DNA from: Macrostomum lignano
Lineage: Eukaryota
Length of the DNA stretch: 64,000 nucleotides
Direction: 5' to 3'
NCBI GenBank assembly: GCA_002269645.1
Contig: NIVC01001403.1
Coordinates: forward strand, 62,001-126,000
The position numbers and the translations under genes were made by a program. Positions 21,901 to 34,000 of the stretch are shown one piece after another (the stretch's first letter is position 1; the number at the start of each line of letters is the position of its first letter). The notes beneath the pieces were generated by a model that worked only from the letters and a program-made list of their open reading frames with translations, did no database searches and was not told the origin of the DNA.

Positions 21901-23909
21901 TCCGGGAGGGTAAGGAGTGTCCGGGAGTTAAGGAGAGTCCAGGAGGGTAAAGAGTGTCCGGGAGGGTAAGGAGAGTCCGGGAGGGTAAGAAGAGTGTCCG
22001 GGGGTAAGGAGTGTCCGGGGGGTAAAGAGTGTCCGGGGGGTAAGGAGTGTCCGGCGGGTAAGGAGTGTCAGGGGGGTAAGGAGTGTCCGGGGGGTAAGGA
22101 GTATCCGGGAGGGTAAGGAGAGTGTCCGGGAGGGTAAGGAGAGTGTCCGGGAGGATAAGGAGTGTTGGGGGAAGGTATAAGTAGAGTCTGGGGAGGATAA
22201 ACAGTGTGTCTTATTGAGAGTAGAGTTTATGGTTAGAATACATGATACATGAGAGAGCGGGCACTGCACAGGAATAGAAATCGATGGCCCCAGAGACGCG
22301 AATTGACCTTACCTGAACTCATTAGTGGCGGCAAAGGACTCAGGATCGGTGAGCGAGAACACGCATAGGAAGCCCTCTCCGCCGCGGAAATAATTGTCCC
22401 GAATGCTGGCATAGTCCTCCTGGCCAGCCGTGTCCAGGATGTCAATGTGCACCTCGGTGCCCTCCAGGGTGACCTTCTTTCGATACATATCGGCTTTGGT
22501 TGGCTCGTAGTCTTCAACGAACTGGGCGCGGTTGAGACGGAGTTTGACAGAAATTAGCCTAACTATTCGTACATATAGCAATGCATGATGCTCAAGTAGT
22601 GCCACAAGTGCATGAGTAACTACCCTAAAAGTATCAGATTGTATGACAGCATGCAGATTGATTAGCAGGAGTGATCTTCTAAAGAGTGGGTAGAGTGACT
22701 AGGAGAGTGGGTAGAGTGACTAGGAGAGTGGGTAGAGTGACTAGGAGAGTGGGTAGAGTGACTAGGAGAGTGGGTAGAGTCCCTAGGAGAGTGGGTAGAG
22801 TCTATAGGAGAGTGAGTAGAGTGACTATGAGAGTGGGTAGAGTGACTAGGAGAGTGGGTAGAGTGACTAGGAGAGTGGGTAGAGTGACTAGGAGAGTGGG
22901 TAGAGTCTATAGGAGAGTGAGTAGAGTGACTATGAGAGTGGGTAGAGTGACTAGGAGAGTGGGTAGAGTGACTAGGAGAGTGGGTAGAGTGACTAGGAGA
23001 GTGGGTAGAGTGACTAGGAGAGTGGGTAGCTTCTAGAGCGTGGGTAGAGTGACTAGGAGAGTGGGTAGCTTCTAGAGAGTATAGAGTGACTAGGAGAGTG
23101 GGTAGCTTTTAGAGAGTGGGTAGAGTGACTAGGAGAGTGGGTAGAGTGACTAGGAGAGTGGGTAGCTTCTAGAGCGTGGGTAGAGTGACTAGGAGAGTGG
23201 GTAGCTTCTAGGAGAGTGGGTAGAGTGACTAGGAGAGTGGGTAGCTTCTAGAGCGTGGGTAGAGTGACTAGGAGAGTGGGTAGCTTCTAGAGAGTGGGTA
23301 GAGTGACTAGGAGAGTGGGTAGCTTCTAGAGCGTGGGTAGAGTGACTAGGAGAGTGGGTAGCTTCTAGAGAGTATAGAGTGACTAGGAGAGTGGGTAGCT
23401 TTTAGAGAGTGGGTAGAGTGACTAGGAGAGTGGGTAGAGTGACTAGGAGAGTGGGTAGCTTCTAGAGCGTGGGTAGAGTGACTAGGAGAGTGGGTAGCTT
23501 CTAGAGAGTGGGTAGAGTGACTTGGGGAGTGGGTCGAGTACTCGGGAGAGTGGGCAGAATTCCCGGGGGGATTGGGTAGAGTTCCCGGAAGAGTGAGTAG
23601 ATTGCCCGGGAATGGGTAGAGTGACTAGAAGAGTGGGTAGAGTGCCCTAGAAAATAAATATAGTGGCTAGTTATAAATAAGTAATCGACGAGAATTTAGG
23701 ACGAGATTACGGGGAGTCTGGAAGACAGCTAGAGCGGACAGTGATAATGTACATGCACAAAATTGCAACTTCAGCAGGACGACCGTAACGCTCACCTCGT
23801 CGTACATGAACTGCAGCGTAAGGGCGCTTTTACCAACGGCGCCGCTGCCAACCATAATGATTTTATGCACAGGCTGCGATGAGCTGGTCCCACTCTTCTG
23901 CTTGGACAT
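18996..23909 (-). CDS. RAL: Ras-like GTPase Ral, polybasic-tail isoform; exons 23909-23796, 22521-22313, 21663-21489, 19109-18996
   Basis: [35 protein letters not shown]; [17 protein letters not shown]; LVGNKSDL; [14 protein letters not shown]; tail [13 protein letters not shown] (CAAX). Phases 0,2,0 are consistent. Confidence 0.93.
19550..20220. repeat. 46-bp purine-rich minisatellite (GAGGGAAGGTAGAGGGAGGGGATAAGAGAGGGTAGAGGCAAGGGAT)
   Basis: 46-nt period (19681 and 19727). Confidence 0.95.
20403..20408 (-). terminator. Candidate AATAAA poly(A) signal for the alternative Ral terminal exon
   Basis: AATAAA on the minus strand about 119 nt after the TGA at 20527. Confidence 0.6.
20527..20658 (-). 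CDS. RAL: Alternative Ral terminal exon: [43 protein letters not shown]
   Basis: Phase-0 AAG|GCC acceptor in frame with exon 3. Starts AFF-L like helix 5 (paralogous to AFYDL in the distal exon) and ends in CAAX CSLL. It has its own AATAAA. Confidence 0.8.
   Translation of the reverse strand, partial: AFFGLIRSVLDHKRGRPQLNRQQSGMAALQGGGSSAKCCCSLL
20810..21440. repeat. 19-20-bp minisatellite drifting from GAGTGATGAGATTGTCTGG to GAGTGCGGAGACTGTCTGG, Ral intron 3
   Basis: Direct periodicity. Confidence 0.9.
21725..22165. repeat. 19-20-bp minisatellite (GGAGTGTCCGGGAGGGTAA), Ral intron 2
   Basis: Direct periodicity. Confidence 0.92.
22680..23650. repeat. 21-bp minisatellite (GGAGAGTGGGTAGAGTGACTA), Ral intron 1
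   Basis: Direct periodicity; source of the RVGRVTR artefact ORF. Confidence 0.93.
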
Positions 23910-24149
23910 GATTTCTTACTACTTTCAGTACTAGATAACGATTAAGACTATACTTGGCTTGTGATGTAATTAAATTTGCAATTTAGTTCGCAAACTGAGT
24001 GTGGCGTGGCAGCTGAAAAAAAATAAATTTGAGGCGTAAGTTTATAATTACCGATTAAATACATATACAGGTACTACTATGAGTAAAGTAAATTTCAAAC
24101 CTCTAATCTGGAATTCGCGCACATTTTGCGGGTACTTCACAGGTGGAGT

Positions 24150-25050
24150 CCCTATTAGAGTGGGTAGAGTTTCTATGAGTGGTAGAGTCCATGGGAGTGG
24201 GTAGAGTCCATAGGAGAGTGAGTAGAGTCCTTGGGAGCGTGGGTAGAGCCCCTAGGAGGGTGAGTAGAGTCCCTAGGAGAGTGGGTAGAGTCTATAGGAG
24301 GGTGAGTAGTCCCTAGGAGAGTGAGTAAAGTCCCTAGGAGAGTGGGTAGAGTCTATAGGAGAGTGAGTAGAGTCCCTAGGAGAGTGAGTAGAGTCCCTAG
24401 GAGAGTGAGTAGAGTCTATAGGAGAGTGAGTAGAGTCCCTAGGAGAGTGAGTAGAGTCCCTAGGAGAGTGGGTAGAGTCTATAGGAGGGTGAGTAGTCCC
24501 TAAGAGAGTGACTAGAGTCCCTAGGAGAGTGGGTAGAGTCTATAGGAGAGTGAGTAGAGTCCCTAGGAGAGTGAGTAGAGTCCCTAGGAGAGTGAGTAGA
24601 GTCCCTAGGAGAGTGAGTAGAGTCCCCAGGAGAGTGAGTAGAGTCCCTGGGAGAGTGAGTAGAGTCCCTAGGAGAGTGAGTAGAGTCCCTAGGAGAGTGA
24701 GTAGAGTCCCTAGGAGAGTGAGTAGAGTCCCTGGGAGAGTGAGTAGAGTCCCTGGGAGAGTGAGTAGAGTCCCTGGGAGAGTGAGTAGAGTCCCTAGGAG
24801 AGTGGGTAGAGTCCCTAGGAAGGTGAGTAGAGTCCCTAGGAGAGTGGGTAGAGTCCCTAGGAGAGTGAGTAGAGTCCCTAGGAGAGTGAGTAGAGTCCCT
24901 GGGAGAGTGAGTAGAGTCTCTGGGAGAGTGAGTAGAGTCCCTAGGAGGGTGAGTAGAGTCCCTAGGAGGGTGAGTAGAGTCCCTAGGAGGGTGAGTAGAG
25001 TCCCTAGGAGGGTGAGTAGAGTCCCTAGGAGTGTTTAGTCCCTAAGAGAG
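24150..25050. repeat. 21-bp minisatellite (GGAGAGTGAGTAGAGTCCCTA) upstream of Ral, related to the intron 1 array
   Basis: Direct periodicity; shares the GGAGAGTGRGTAGAGT core. Confidence 0.93.
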
Positions 25051-25323
25051 TGGGGTTAGAGAGTGGGCGCCAAAGTACTAGGGCTGGATTCCTGGGCGTC
25101 AGCTGTACACTACTCTTTTATAGACGTTAATCAAACAAATAAAAGACAGGCAGCCCAAGAATTCAATCCAAGAAAAAGGCGAGAACAGCAACAGCCAATT
25201 CGGATGCACACGGAGAGACGGCACAATTAAGCGATGAAGTTAATCTCGCGAATTGCGCTCTCTGTGTGCGCGCTTGAATCATCATCACTTGGCCAGCAGT
25301 TCTGCATCAATGAGCATCATTGC

Positions 25324-25329
25324 TTTATT
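25324..25329 (-). terminator. Candidate AATAAA poly(A) signal of OLA1
   Basis: AATAAA on the minus strand about 190 nt after the stop codon. Confidence 0.55.
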
Positions 25330-25519
25330 AAATTTATATATAGTTATTAAACTAATCTGGTTAACAACGTCACAGGGAAGTATAGGCTCGAAATTGGGAT
25401 AAAGTGAGTCATAGAAGCATAGCAGAGAGAAAAAATTCAGGCGTTACATGCAGTTTGAATATTTTTACTATCATCATTTTATCGTGTGTAAGAAACCATG
25501 CTTGCTCATGATTAGAAGT

Positions 25520-26716
25520 TCACTTCTTCTTGGCGGTGAGACCTGCGCCAGCGTTGAACTTGAAGAAGATAATATCCCCGTCCTGCACCACATACTCCCT
25601 GCCCTTCTGCTTGTATTTGCCTTTGGCTTTCACCTCGCTCTCCGAGCCACACTCTTTATAATCTTCGAAGCTCATAACCTCGGCCATGATGAAGCCATTC
25701 TCCATGTCGGAGTGAATCTTGCCGGCAGCCTGAGGTGCTTTAGTATTTAGCGGAATTGTCCAAGCTTTCACTTCGTCTTTGCCGGCGGTGAAAAAGTACT
25801 GCAGCTGCAGAGCCTTGTAGCCGGTTGAGATGATTTTGCCCAGAGCCGAGCTCACCCCGTGCTCCTTAGAGAACTCAGCCCTCTGCTCATCGGTCATGTC
25901 CGCCCATTTAAACTCCAGCTCAGCGGACAGCGGGATCACTGCGGCTCCCGGATCGTGCTGGTCAATCCACTCCTTGATCTTTGGCAACCATTTGTTCTTC
26001 TTCCGAATGAAGTCCTTCTCGCTCAGGTTAACCAGGTACACGATTGGCTTAGCGGTGATGAACAGGTGCTCGTTGAGCAAATCGATTTCTTTGTCATTCC
26101 ACTGCTCGAACCGAAGCGACCGTTTCTCTTCGACAACGATCCGGTGCACCTTCTGGAAGGCTTCGAAAAGCGCCGTTTTGGACTTGTCGCCGCCGCGGGT
26201 GACCACCTTCTCCAGCTTCTCAAACTCCTTCACAATGTAGGCCTCATCTTTCAGCCGGAGCTCCTCGGAGATGATTTCTAGATCGCGGATGGGATCTACT
26301 TCGCCTTCAATGTGGGTGACCTCCTGGCAGTCGAATGCGCGCACCATGTGGAACAGCGCGTCAACGCCGCGGATATTGCTAAGGAAAGCGTTGCCAAGAC
26401 CCTGGCCTTCGCTGGCGCCTTTAACTAGGCCTGCAATGTCCCAGACATTGAGATAGGCGGGCACCCTGCTGGCAGGCTTCCAGTGCTCGCACAGCCATTC
26501 CCACCTGTCGTCTGGCACAGCCACCCGGCTCTCGTGCGGATCAATAGTGCAAAATGGGAAATTCTCGGCCGGAGCCGAGCTCTTCGTCAGCACGTTGAAG
26601 AATGTACTTTTGCCAACGTTGGGCAGGCCGACAATGCCGATCTTGAGGTTGCTGCCCATCCGGCCAATGATTGGCGGGTTTTTCGGCTCATCTGCTCCCT
26701 TCTTCTTTGGCGGCAT
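25520..26716 (-). CDS. OLA1: Obg-like ATPase 1 (YchF family), 398 aa, single coding exon
   Basis: [15 protein letters not shown]; [11 protein letters not shown]; [24 protein letters not shown]; NLSE G4 motif; TGS domain [12 protein letters not shown]...[12 protein letters not shown]. Confidence 0.97.
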   Translation of the reverse strand: MPPKKKGADEPKNPPIIGRMGSNLKIGIVGLPNVGKSTFFNVLTKSSAPAENFPFCTIDPHESRVAVPDDRWEWLCEHWKPASRVPAYLNVWDIAGLVKGASEGQGLGNAFLSNIRGVDALFHMVRAFDCQEVTHIEGEVDPIRDLEIISEELRLKDEAYIVKEFEKLEKVVTRGGDKSKTALFEAFQKVHRIVVEEKRSLRFEQWNDKEIDLLNEHLFITAKPIVYLVNLSEKDFIRKKNKWLPKIKEWIDQHDPGAAVIPLSAELEFKWADMTDEQRAEFSKEHGVSSALGKIISTGYKALQLQYFFTAGKDEVKAWTIPLNTKAPQAAGKIHSDMENGFIMAEVMSFEDYKECGSESEVKAKGKYKQKGREYVVQDGDIIFFKFNAGAGLTAKKK

Positions 26717-26929
26717 TCTGCTGTATCAGGCAGATTTACTCTCGAGTTCTGGCTGGCTGTCTAGTCTGTCTCACTCGCTAACTCTGAACTGGACCTGCTG
26801 CTGCCTGACCTGCTTAGGCGCTGAAAAAGTTCAATCCGTACTTTTATTTTGTTGAATTCAATTTTAATGCTCTTAAGACTAAAATAGCAACGCAAAGCCA
26901 GTCGGAGAATATGGAAAGGTGGCAAAGAA

Positions 26930-27480
26930 CCAGCAACTGAGGATCTGGGAGGCTGGCCCAGCAACTGAGAATCTGAGAGGCTGGCACAGCAACTGAGAAT
27001 CTGGGAGGCTGGCACAGCAACTGACACTCTAGGAGGCTGGCCCAACAACTGGGGATCTGGGAGGCTGGCCCAGCATGTAAAGATCTGGGAGGCTGGCCCA
27101 GCATGTAAAGATCTGGGAGGCTGGCCCAGCATGTAAAGATCTGGGAGGCTGGCCCAGCATGTAAAGATCTGGGAGGCTGGCCCAGCATGTAAAGATCTGG
27201 GAGGCTGGCCCAGCATGTAAAGATCTGGGAGGCTGGCCCAGCATGTAAAGATCTGGGAGGCTGGTCCAGCAACTGAGGATCTGGGAGGCTGGCCCAGAAA
27301 CTGAGGATCTGGGAGGCTGGCCTAGCAACTGACACTCTGGGAGGCTGGCCCAGCAACTGGGGATCTGGGAGGCTGGCCCAGCAACTAAGAATCTGGCCCA
27401 GCAACTGACACTCTGGGAGGCTGGCCCAGCAACTGGGAATCTGGCCCAGCAACTGAGGGGATCTGGGAGGCTGGCGGATT
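26930..27480. repeat. 28-bp minisatellite family A (CTGAGGATCTGGGAGGCTGGCCCAGCAA, with a central CATGTAAAG variant block)
   Basis: Direct periodicity. Confidence 0.92.
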
Positions 27481-28096
27481 CTAATACTGTCACTCTGTCA
27501 TGTCTATTCCTTTCAATCGTTAGATACAAAGCAGAAACTACGAGCAGAAATATTTGATTACAAACAGCAATTTTAATCAGACAGTTTATTATCCATTACA
27601 CCAATTACTTGGATGATTCTTAGTTACAAAGATTATGAAAGCTATGATAAGGTACCGGGTATATTAATGAAAGGAAGAGTAAGTATGTGATTACATCTAG
27701 CGACGCCTGCTGATAGGTGGACAGAGACAAAACAGGCGAATACAGCAAAACTATACTCAAAGAAACTAATTGTCTCAGAGCACCAAAGTGTCTCGGACGT
27801 CACCAATGTTTAAATTAATTTTGGCAACAATTTGATTGGGAGTGAACAAATATAAAGCACACCCAAACATGGCTACTAATCTAGTAGTAAGCAGCGAGTT
27901 TAAAACACACATTAGAGAAAAAACTTGAATATTACAAAGAAATGCCTTACAGAAGCAGTTTTGTGAATTTTGAATTTTTATAATTGAACGCATATGAATT
28001 GGGCTTCAACACACGAAAAACTTTGAGCAACAATTTATCGAATAGAAACTGAACAGCAACAAGAGGAACGAGAACGCGCAGGCATCCGTATCGGGA

Positions 28097-31000
28097 TCAG
28101 GACCAATCTTCATCCGACAGCCAGTTCAATTGGATGGCGTCCTGGCACAGGCTTGGCGGGTAGGTTTGGTATTGCAGCTCGCTTGATGGGTCCGCGTCTG
28201 CCAACGATCAATACTAATGAGCTAATAGCATGTCGCCTGGATGACACCATCCTGTTTCCTGTCTGCACCTGCTGCTTCCTGTCTGACACCATCCTGTTTC
28301 TTGTCTGCACCTTCTGCTTCCTGTCTGACACCATCCTGTTTCCTGTCTGCACCTTCTGCTTCCTGTCTGTCACCTGCTGTTTCCTGTCTGTCACCTGCTG
28401 TTTCCTGTCTGCCACCTGCTGTATCCTGTCTGCCTCCTGCTGTATCCTGTCTGCCTCCTGCTGTATCCTGTCTGTCACCTGCTGTTTCCCGTCTGCCACC
28501 TGCTGCTTCCTGTCTGTCACCTGCTGTTTCCTGTCTGTCACCTGCTGTTTCCTGTCTGTCACCTGCTGTTTCCTGTCTGTCACCTGCTGTTTCCTGTCTG
28601 TCACCTGCTGTTTCCTGTCTGTCACCTGCTGTTTCCTGTCTGTCACCTGCTGTTTCCTGTCTGCCAGCTGCTGTTTCCTGTCTGCCTCCTGCTGTTCTGT
28701 CTTCCACTTGCTGTTTCCTGTCTACCATTATGCTTTTTCCTGTCTGCCACCTGCTGTTTCCTGTCTGTCACCTGCTATTTCCTGTCTACCATTATGCTGT
28801 TTCCTGTCTGCCAGCTGCTGTTTCCTGTCTGCCTCCTGCTGTTCTGTCTTCCACTTGCTGTTTCCTGTCTACCATTATGCTTTTTCCTGTCTGCCACCTG
28901 CTGTTTCCTGTCTGTCACCTGCTGTTTCCTGTCTACCATTATGCTGTTTCCTGTCTGCCAGCTGCTGTTTCCTGTCTGCCATTATGCTGTTTCCTGTCTG
29001 TCACCTGCTGTTTCCTGTCTACCATTATGCTGTTCCCTGTCTGCCACCTGCTGTTCCCTGTCTGCCACCTGCTGTTTCCTGTCTGCCTCCTGTAGTTTCC
29101 AATACATTCTAATTTTACGACTATCCTGATCCAACTGTTTCCACAGTGTAAATATACTTCAGGCAAATCATTACCGTCAGAGTAGAACGGCACCGAGGTC
29201 GACTTGAAATTGCCGCCGCCGCCGCCGCCGTCGTCGTACCTGGCCAGCAGCTGGCCGACTGTCGCCGTCTCGCAGCCGAACTCCGCCAGCCGGTGCCGCA
29301 GCTCGCCGCCAGCCTCAGCCTCGCCGCTGCAATCGTCCGGCACAAGCAGAAGAAATTCGCGGTGCCGACAGCGCAGGCGGGTCTGCAATTCGGCGAGGCC
29401 GTCAACGCAGCCGAGCAGCCCGGCGCCGCCGGAGCCGCCTTCGCCAGGCAGCAGCGAGTCGACGGCCCAGCGGCTGGCCTCCAGCATCTCCAGACAGGCG
29501 GCCAGGCGCTGCCGCTCCGATTTGGCTTTCAACGAAGCGGCCGCGGATGCCCCGGCGGCTTCAGTCGCGGCATCTCGCAAACGGCGAAGGTCGCGAGCTC
29601 GAATCCCGATTGGCCAGCGGCTGTCGCGGCGGCCTGCGGCGGCTAACAGGCGGGTCAGGGTGTCCGGCTGGTAGCGCAGCGGGTCGCCAAGCAGCAGGCA
29701 GGGACCGCCGGTGACGGGGAAAATTGGTTGGAGAGATGAGGCCAGCGATGAGGCTGAGCTGGAGGCTGGGGAAGTGGGAATAAACAATATGGATGTGGCA
29801 ATCATAAATGTGTTCATTATAGCTTAGTCTGAACTGGGAAGCTGGGAGGCTGGCCCAGCAACTGGGGATCTGGGAGGCTGGCCCAGCTACTGAGGATCTG
29901 GGAGGCTGGCCCAGCAACTGAGGATCTGGGAGGCTGGCCCAGCAACTGAGGATCTGGGAGGCTGGCCCAGCAACTGAGGATCTGGGAGGCTGGCCCAGCA
30001 ACTGAGGGGAGCTGAGAGGCTGGCCCAGCAACTGAGGATCTGGGAGGCTGGCCCAGCAACTGAGGGGAGCTGAGAGGCTGGCCCAGCAACTGAGGATCTG
30101 GGAGGCTGGCACAGCAACTGACACTCTGGGAGGCTGGCCTAGCAACTGACACTCTGGGAGGCTGGCCCAGCAACTGAGGGGAGCTGAGAGGCTGGCCCAG
30201 CAACTGAGGATCTGGGAGGCAGGCCCAGCAACTGACGCTTTGGGAGGCTGACCCTGAAATCGAAGATCTGGGAGGCTGGCCCAGCAACTGAGGATCTGGG
30301 AGGCTGGCCCAGCAACTGACACGCTGGGAGGCTGGCCCAGCAACTGAGGATCTGGGAGGCTGACCCTGAAACTGAGGATCTGGGAGGCTGGCCTAGCAAC
30401 TAAGGATCAGGGAGGCTGGCCCAGCAACTGAGGATCAGGGAGGCTGGCCTAGCAACTAAGGATCAGGGAGGCTGGCCCAGCAACTGAGGATCTGGGAGGC
30501 TGGCCCAGCAACTGAGGATCAGGGAGGCTGGCCTAGCTACTGAGGATCCCTATGAGCAGTCTCACCCGTAGCAGCGCAGGCAGCCGCCGCAGCCGCCCTG
30601 GCCTGCTCAAAAGCCAGAAATCGAACGTCGCGCCGTTTCCGAAGCTCCAGCAGGCCGGGCAGCTGCCAGGGCAACCTGTCCAGAGCGGAGGCGTGGGCGT
30701 ACACCACGAGCTGCTGCTGCTGCTGCTGCTGCAGTTGCTGAATGCCATCCCGTCGGGGTCCACGGCACTGCAGCAGCAGGGAGGCGTGCAGCGGATCGCA
30801 CTGCCGATGTCCGAGGCTGGTCAGGCGGCTGGCCAGATCTGCGCACTCCGCACTGTCCGAGATGCCGACCACGTGGAAGAATGGCGGCGGTGGAGGAGGA
30901 GGCGGAGGCGGCGGCGGCACAATGGACTGCTGCTGTGGCTGCAGTAGCGCAGATAGCAGAGGAGTAGGATAGTACTAATTAGATGACGAGACATTTAGCC

Positions 31001-34000
31001 TTAATAATACAGTCATAGTTACTCCTGCTGTTTACCACAAAACTGCGTTAATTTTTGCTGAGGTTTCTTTTATAGGTAGGTCGCATTTTTGGTAAAAAAA
31101 AGTAAGTTTAAGTTCCATAGTTTCTGTAATCCATATCTCATTAGTAGTATTAAATAATTTTATAATTTTTGGGATTCTCGTGAGTTCACTTGAAAGGTCA
31201 AGGGTTCGATTCCTGATTCTACTCGAGAGTTCACCCAGCTGTAAAATGGGTAACCAGCATTAGCTGGGGTAACTGAGGGTGTGAGTGGCGAACCCCCCAG
31301 TCCTTGGACTGAACAGCCGTACGCAGCCTTCAGATGCGACGATGCGCCACGCAATAGCTGCGGCTGAGCTGTAGGTTGCACATATGGCCCAATTGGGGCA
31401 GGTTTATCAATTATTAATATTATTATTTTGGACAGTCTTGGCCCAGCGGCTAGCAACTGACACTCTTCGAGGCTGGCCCAGCAACTGAGGATCTGGGAGG
31501 CTGACCCTGAAACTGAGGATCTGGGAGGCTGACCCTGAAACTGAGGATCTGGGAGGCTGACCCTGAAACTGAGGATCTGGGAGGCTGACCCTGAAACTGA
31601 GGATCTGGGAGGCTGGCTTAGCAACTAAGGATCAGGGAGGCTGGCTCAGCAACTGAGGATCAGGGAGGCTGGCCTAGCAACTAAGGATCAGGGAGGCTGG
31701 CCCAGCAATTGAGGATCAGGGAGGCTGGCCTAGTAACTAAGGATCAGGGAGGCTTAAATTTAAAATTCAAGACTGCTTATTAATTGTCAAACTTGAATAA
31801 TCCGGATTCTGCATTCTGCAACTATTGTGGTTCAGAAAAAGACTCAGCAGTGTTAAGGGTAGGGCAGAGAATTTATTGACTAGAAAAAAGGGTCAGACAT
31901 ACCGCATGGCTGTAATAGGCGGCAAGGAAGCTGTGATCGATCGAGCCGGCTTGCCTAGCAACGGTTGCTAGGGCGGCGGACGCCCGCTGCTGCTGCTGCT
32001 GCTTAGCGACGGCCAGAGCGGCCAGCAGTCTGGTTTGCATCTGAGCGGACAGAGGCGGCGGCTGCTGCGGCTGAGACGGTGGCGCCTCATCGTCAAGGAA
32101 AGCATCGGCCAGGCCAATCTTGTAGCTGCGGATCATCGCGTCCTGGCGTTCCCGATAGGTCAGCGCGGAGCCGCCCGCGGCCGGCTCAGCAGCGGCAGGC
32201 GGCGGCGGTGGCTGCTGCCGGGGCATTGCGAGCTGGGAATTATTGTGATGGAGATGAGGCGGTTCAGGCGACGGCCGGAGCCTGGGCGGCAAGCAGCCTG
32301 CGGCAGGGGGGTAAGGAGATTGAAGCAGCTGGGAGCGTTGCGTGGGCACTGAAGGGCTTGCTAATCTAAGGGATAGAAATGAACTAACATGGATACATGT
32401 GGGCAGGTTATTAGGAAGACGCTGCTTATAGTAGTATTCGGGATTTCAGAACGCAAGTCTTCGTATAGGGGGTATTAAGAGATTTTTACTTAAAGTACCT
32501 TTACGACTTTCGGTATTTACGTTGGGAGATTTTCGGAATCAGCTGTATTGCGGGGTTTTATGAATCAGCTGAATTGGGAGATTTTGGGAATTAGCTGAAT
32601 TGGGAGATTTTGGGAATCAGCTGAATTGGGAAATTTTGGGAATTAGCTGAATTCGGACTTTAGGAATTAGCTGAATTGGGGGACTTTGGGAATTAGCTGA
32701 ATTGGGGGATTTTAGGTATGAGCTGAATTGGGAAATTTTTGGAAGCAGCTAAAGTGGGAGATTTTGGGAAATTGTGTGAATTTGGGATATTTCGGGAATT
32801 AGCTTAATTGGGGGATTTTGGGAATTAGGTGAATTGCACGAGAGGGGGGGGTTCGGAATCAGCTGAATTATGAGATTTAGGAACAGTTGAGTTGGGAGAT
32901 TTTGAGAATCAGCTAAATAAGGTTTTTCCTTTCAAAATGAGTTAGTTTTTTAAATCAGAGCTGTGCCAACTCAGAACTCACACTTCTGCTGAGCAATGCT
33001 TCCAGCAGCGGCAGATTCGAAAAGAATATCGCTGGGCCACTGCAAACTGGGCGCCGGCGACAAAGGTCGACGCAGAACTTGCCGTTGACAGGCGGTCATC
33101 GTCCAGTCGGACAGACCCTTCGACAGACACCGGCTGGCCGAGAACCGCCTCGGTGGCAGTGGCGGCAGGGCTCCAATCGACGCCGCTGTCAAATTCGGCA
33201 AACAGCCGTCAGCGGCTCTTAGAAACCGGCGTGCAGTCGAGCGCAGTCGATGCCACAGTCGACGAATTCGCCGACGAACAATCGAGCCAGACTTGGCGGC
33301 GCCGTCAATCCCAGCGTCAACATCGTCGACTACATCGAACTTGTCAAAGCCGATGCTCACAGGACTGCCGACATTGCCGCCACCGCTGCCGCTGTTATCA
33401 TCGCCGTCAAAATCGTCGTCGTCGCTTGTCAAAGACGCGGCCGCCGTCAGAGAGTCTGGATAGAGTTGGTTGATCGCCAACTGCTCGTTGCTAAGGACGC
33501 CACCGCCGCCCGCGTAGAAACCGTCCAGGTAGCGCAGTAGAGCGAAGCCGACGTTGCGAACGCTTCTTGAGCGACGCTTGGGGTCTGCGGTAAGGTCCGG
33601 AAATGTGAACTGCCAGACTAGTGAAACATGGACTGCCAGACTAGTGAAACATGGATTGCAAGACTAGTGAAACATGGATTGCCAGACTAGTGAAACATGG
33701 ATTGCTAGACTAGGGAAATATGGATTATCAGACTAGTGAAATATGGATTGCTAGACTAGTGAAATATGGATTGCTAGACTAGGGAAATATGGATTGCTAG
33801 ACTAGGGAAATATGGATTGCTAGACTAGGGAAATATGGATTGCTAGACTAGGGAAATATGGATTGCTAGACTAGGGAAATATGGATTGCTAGACTAGGGA
33901 AATATGGATTGCTAGACTAGGGAAATATGGATTGCTAGACTAGGGAAATATGGATTGCTAGACTAGGGAAATATGGATTGCTAGACTAGGGAAATATGGA

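Noticed and set aside
22686-25038. Arg-rich protamine-like ORFs (RVGRVTR / RVSRVPR)
   Set aside because: Frame artefacts of the 21-bp satellites, antisense to Ral.
28110-28197. Alternative last-exon frame RRGPIKRAAIPNLPAKPVPGRHPIELAVG*
   Set aside because: It needs a phase-2 donor; the best donor (29175|GTAATG) is phase 1 and gives DADPSSELQY...DEDWS* instead.
28153-29129. Cys-rich 319-aa and related plus-strand ORFs
   Set aside because: Antisense translations of the 21-bp satellite.
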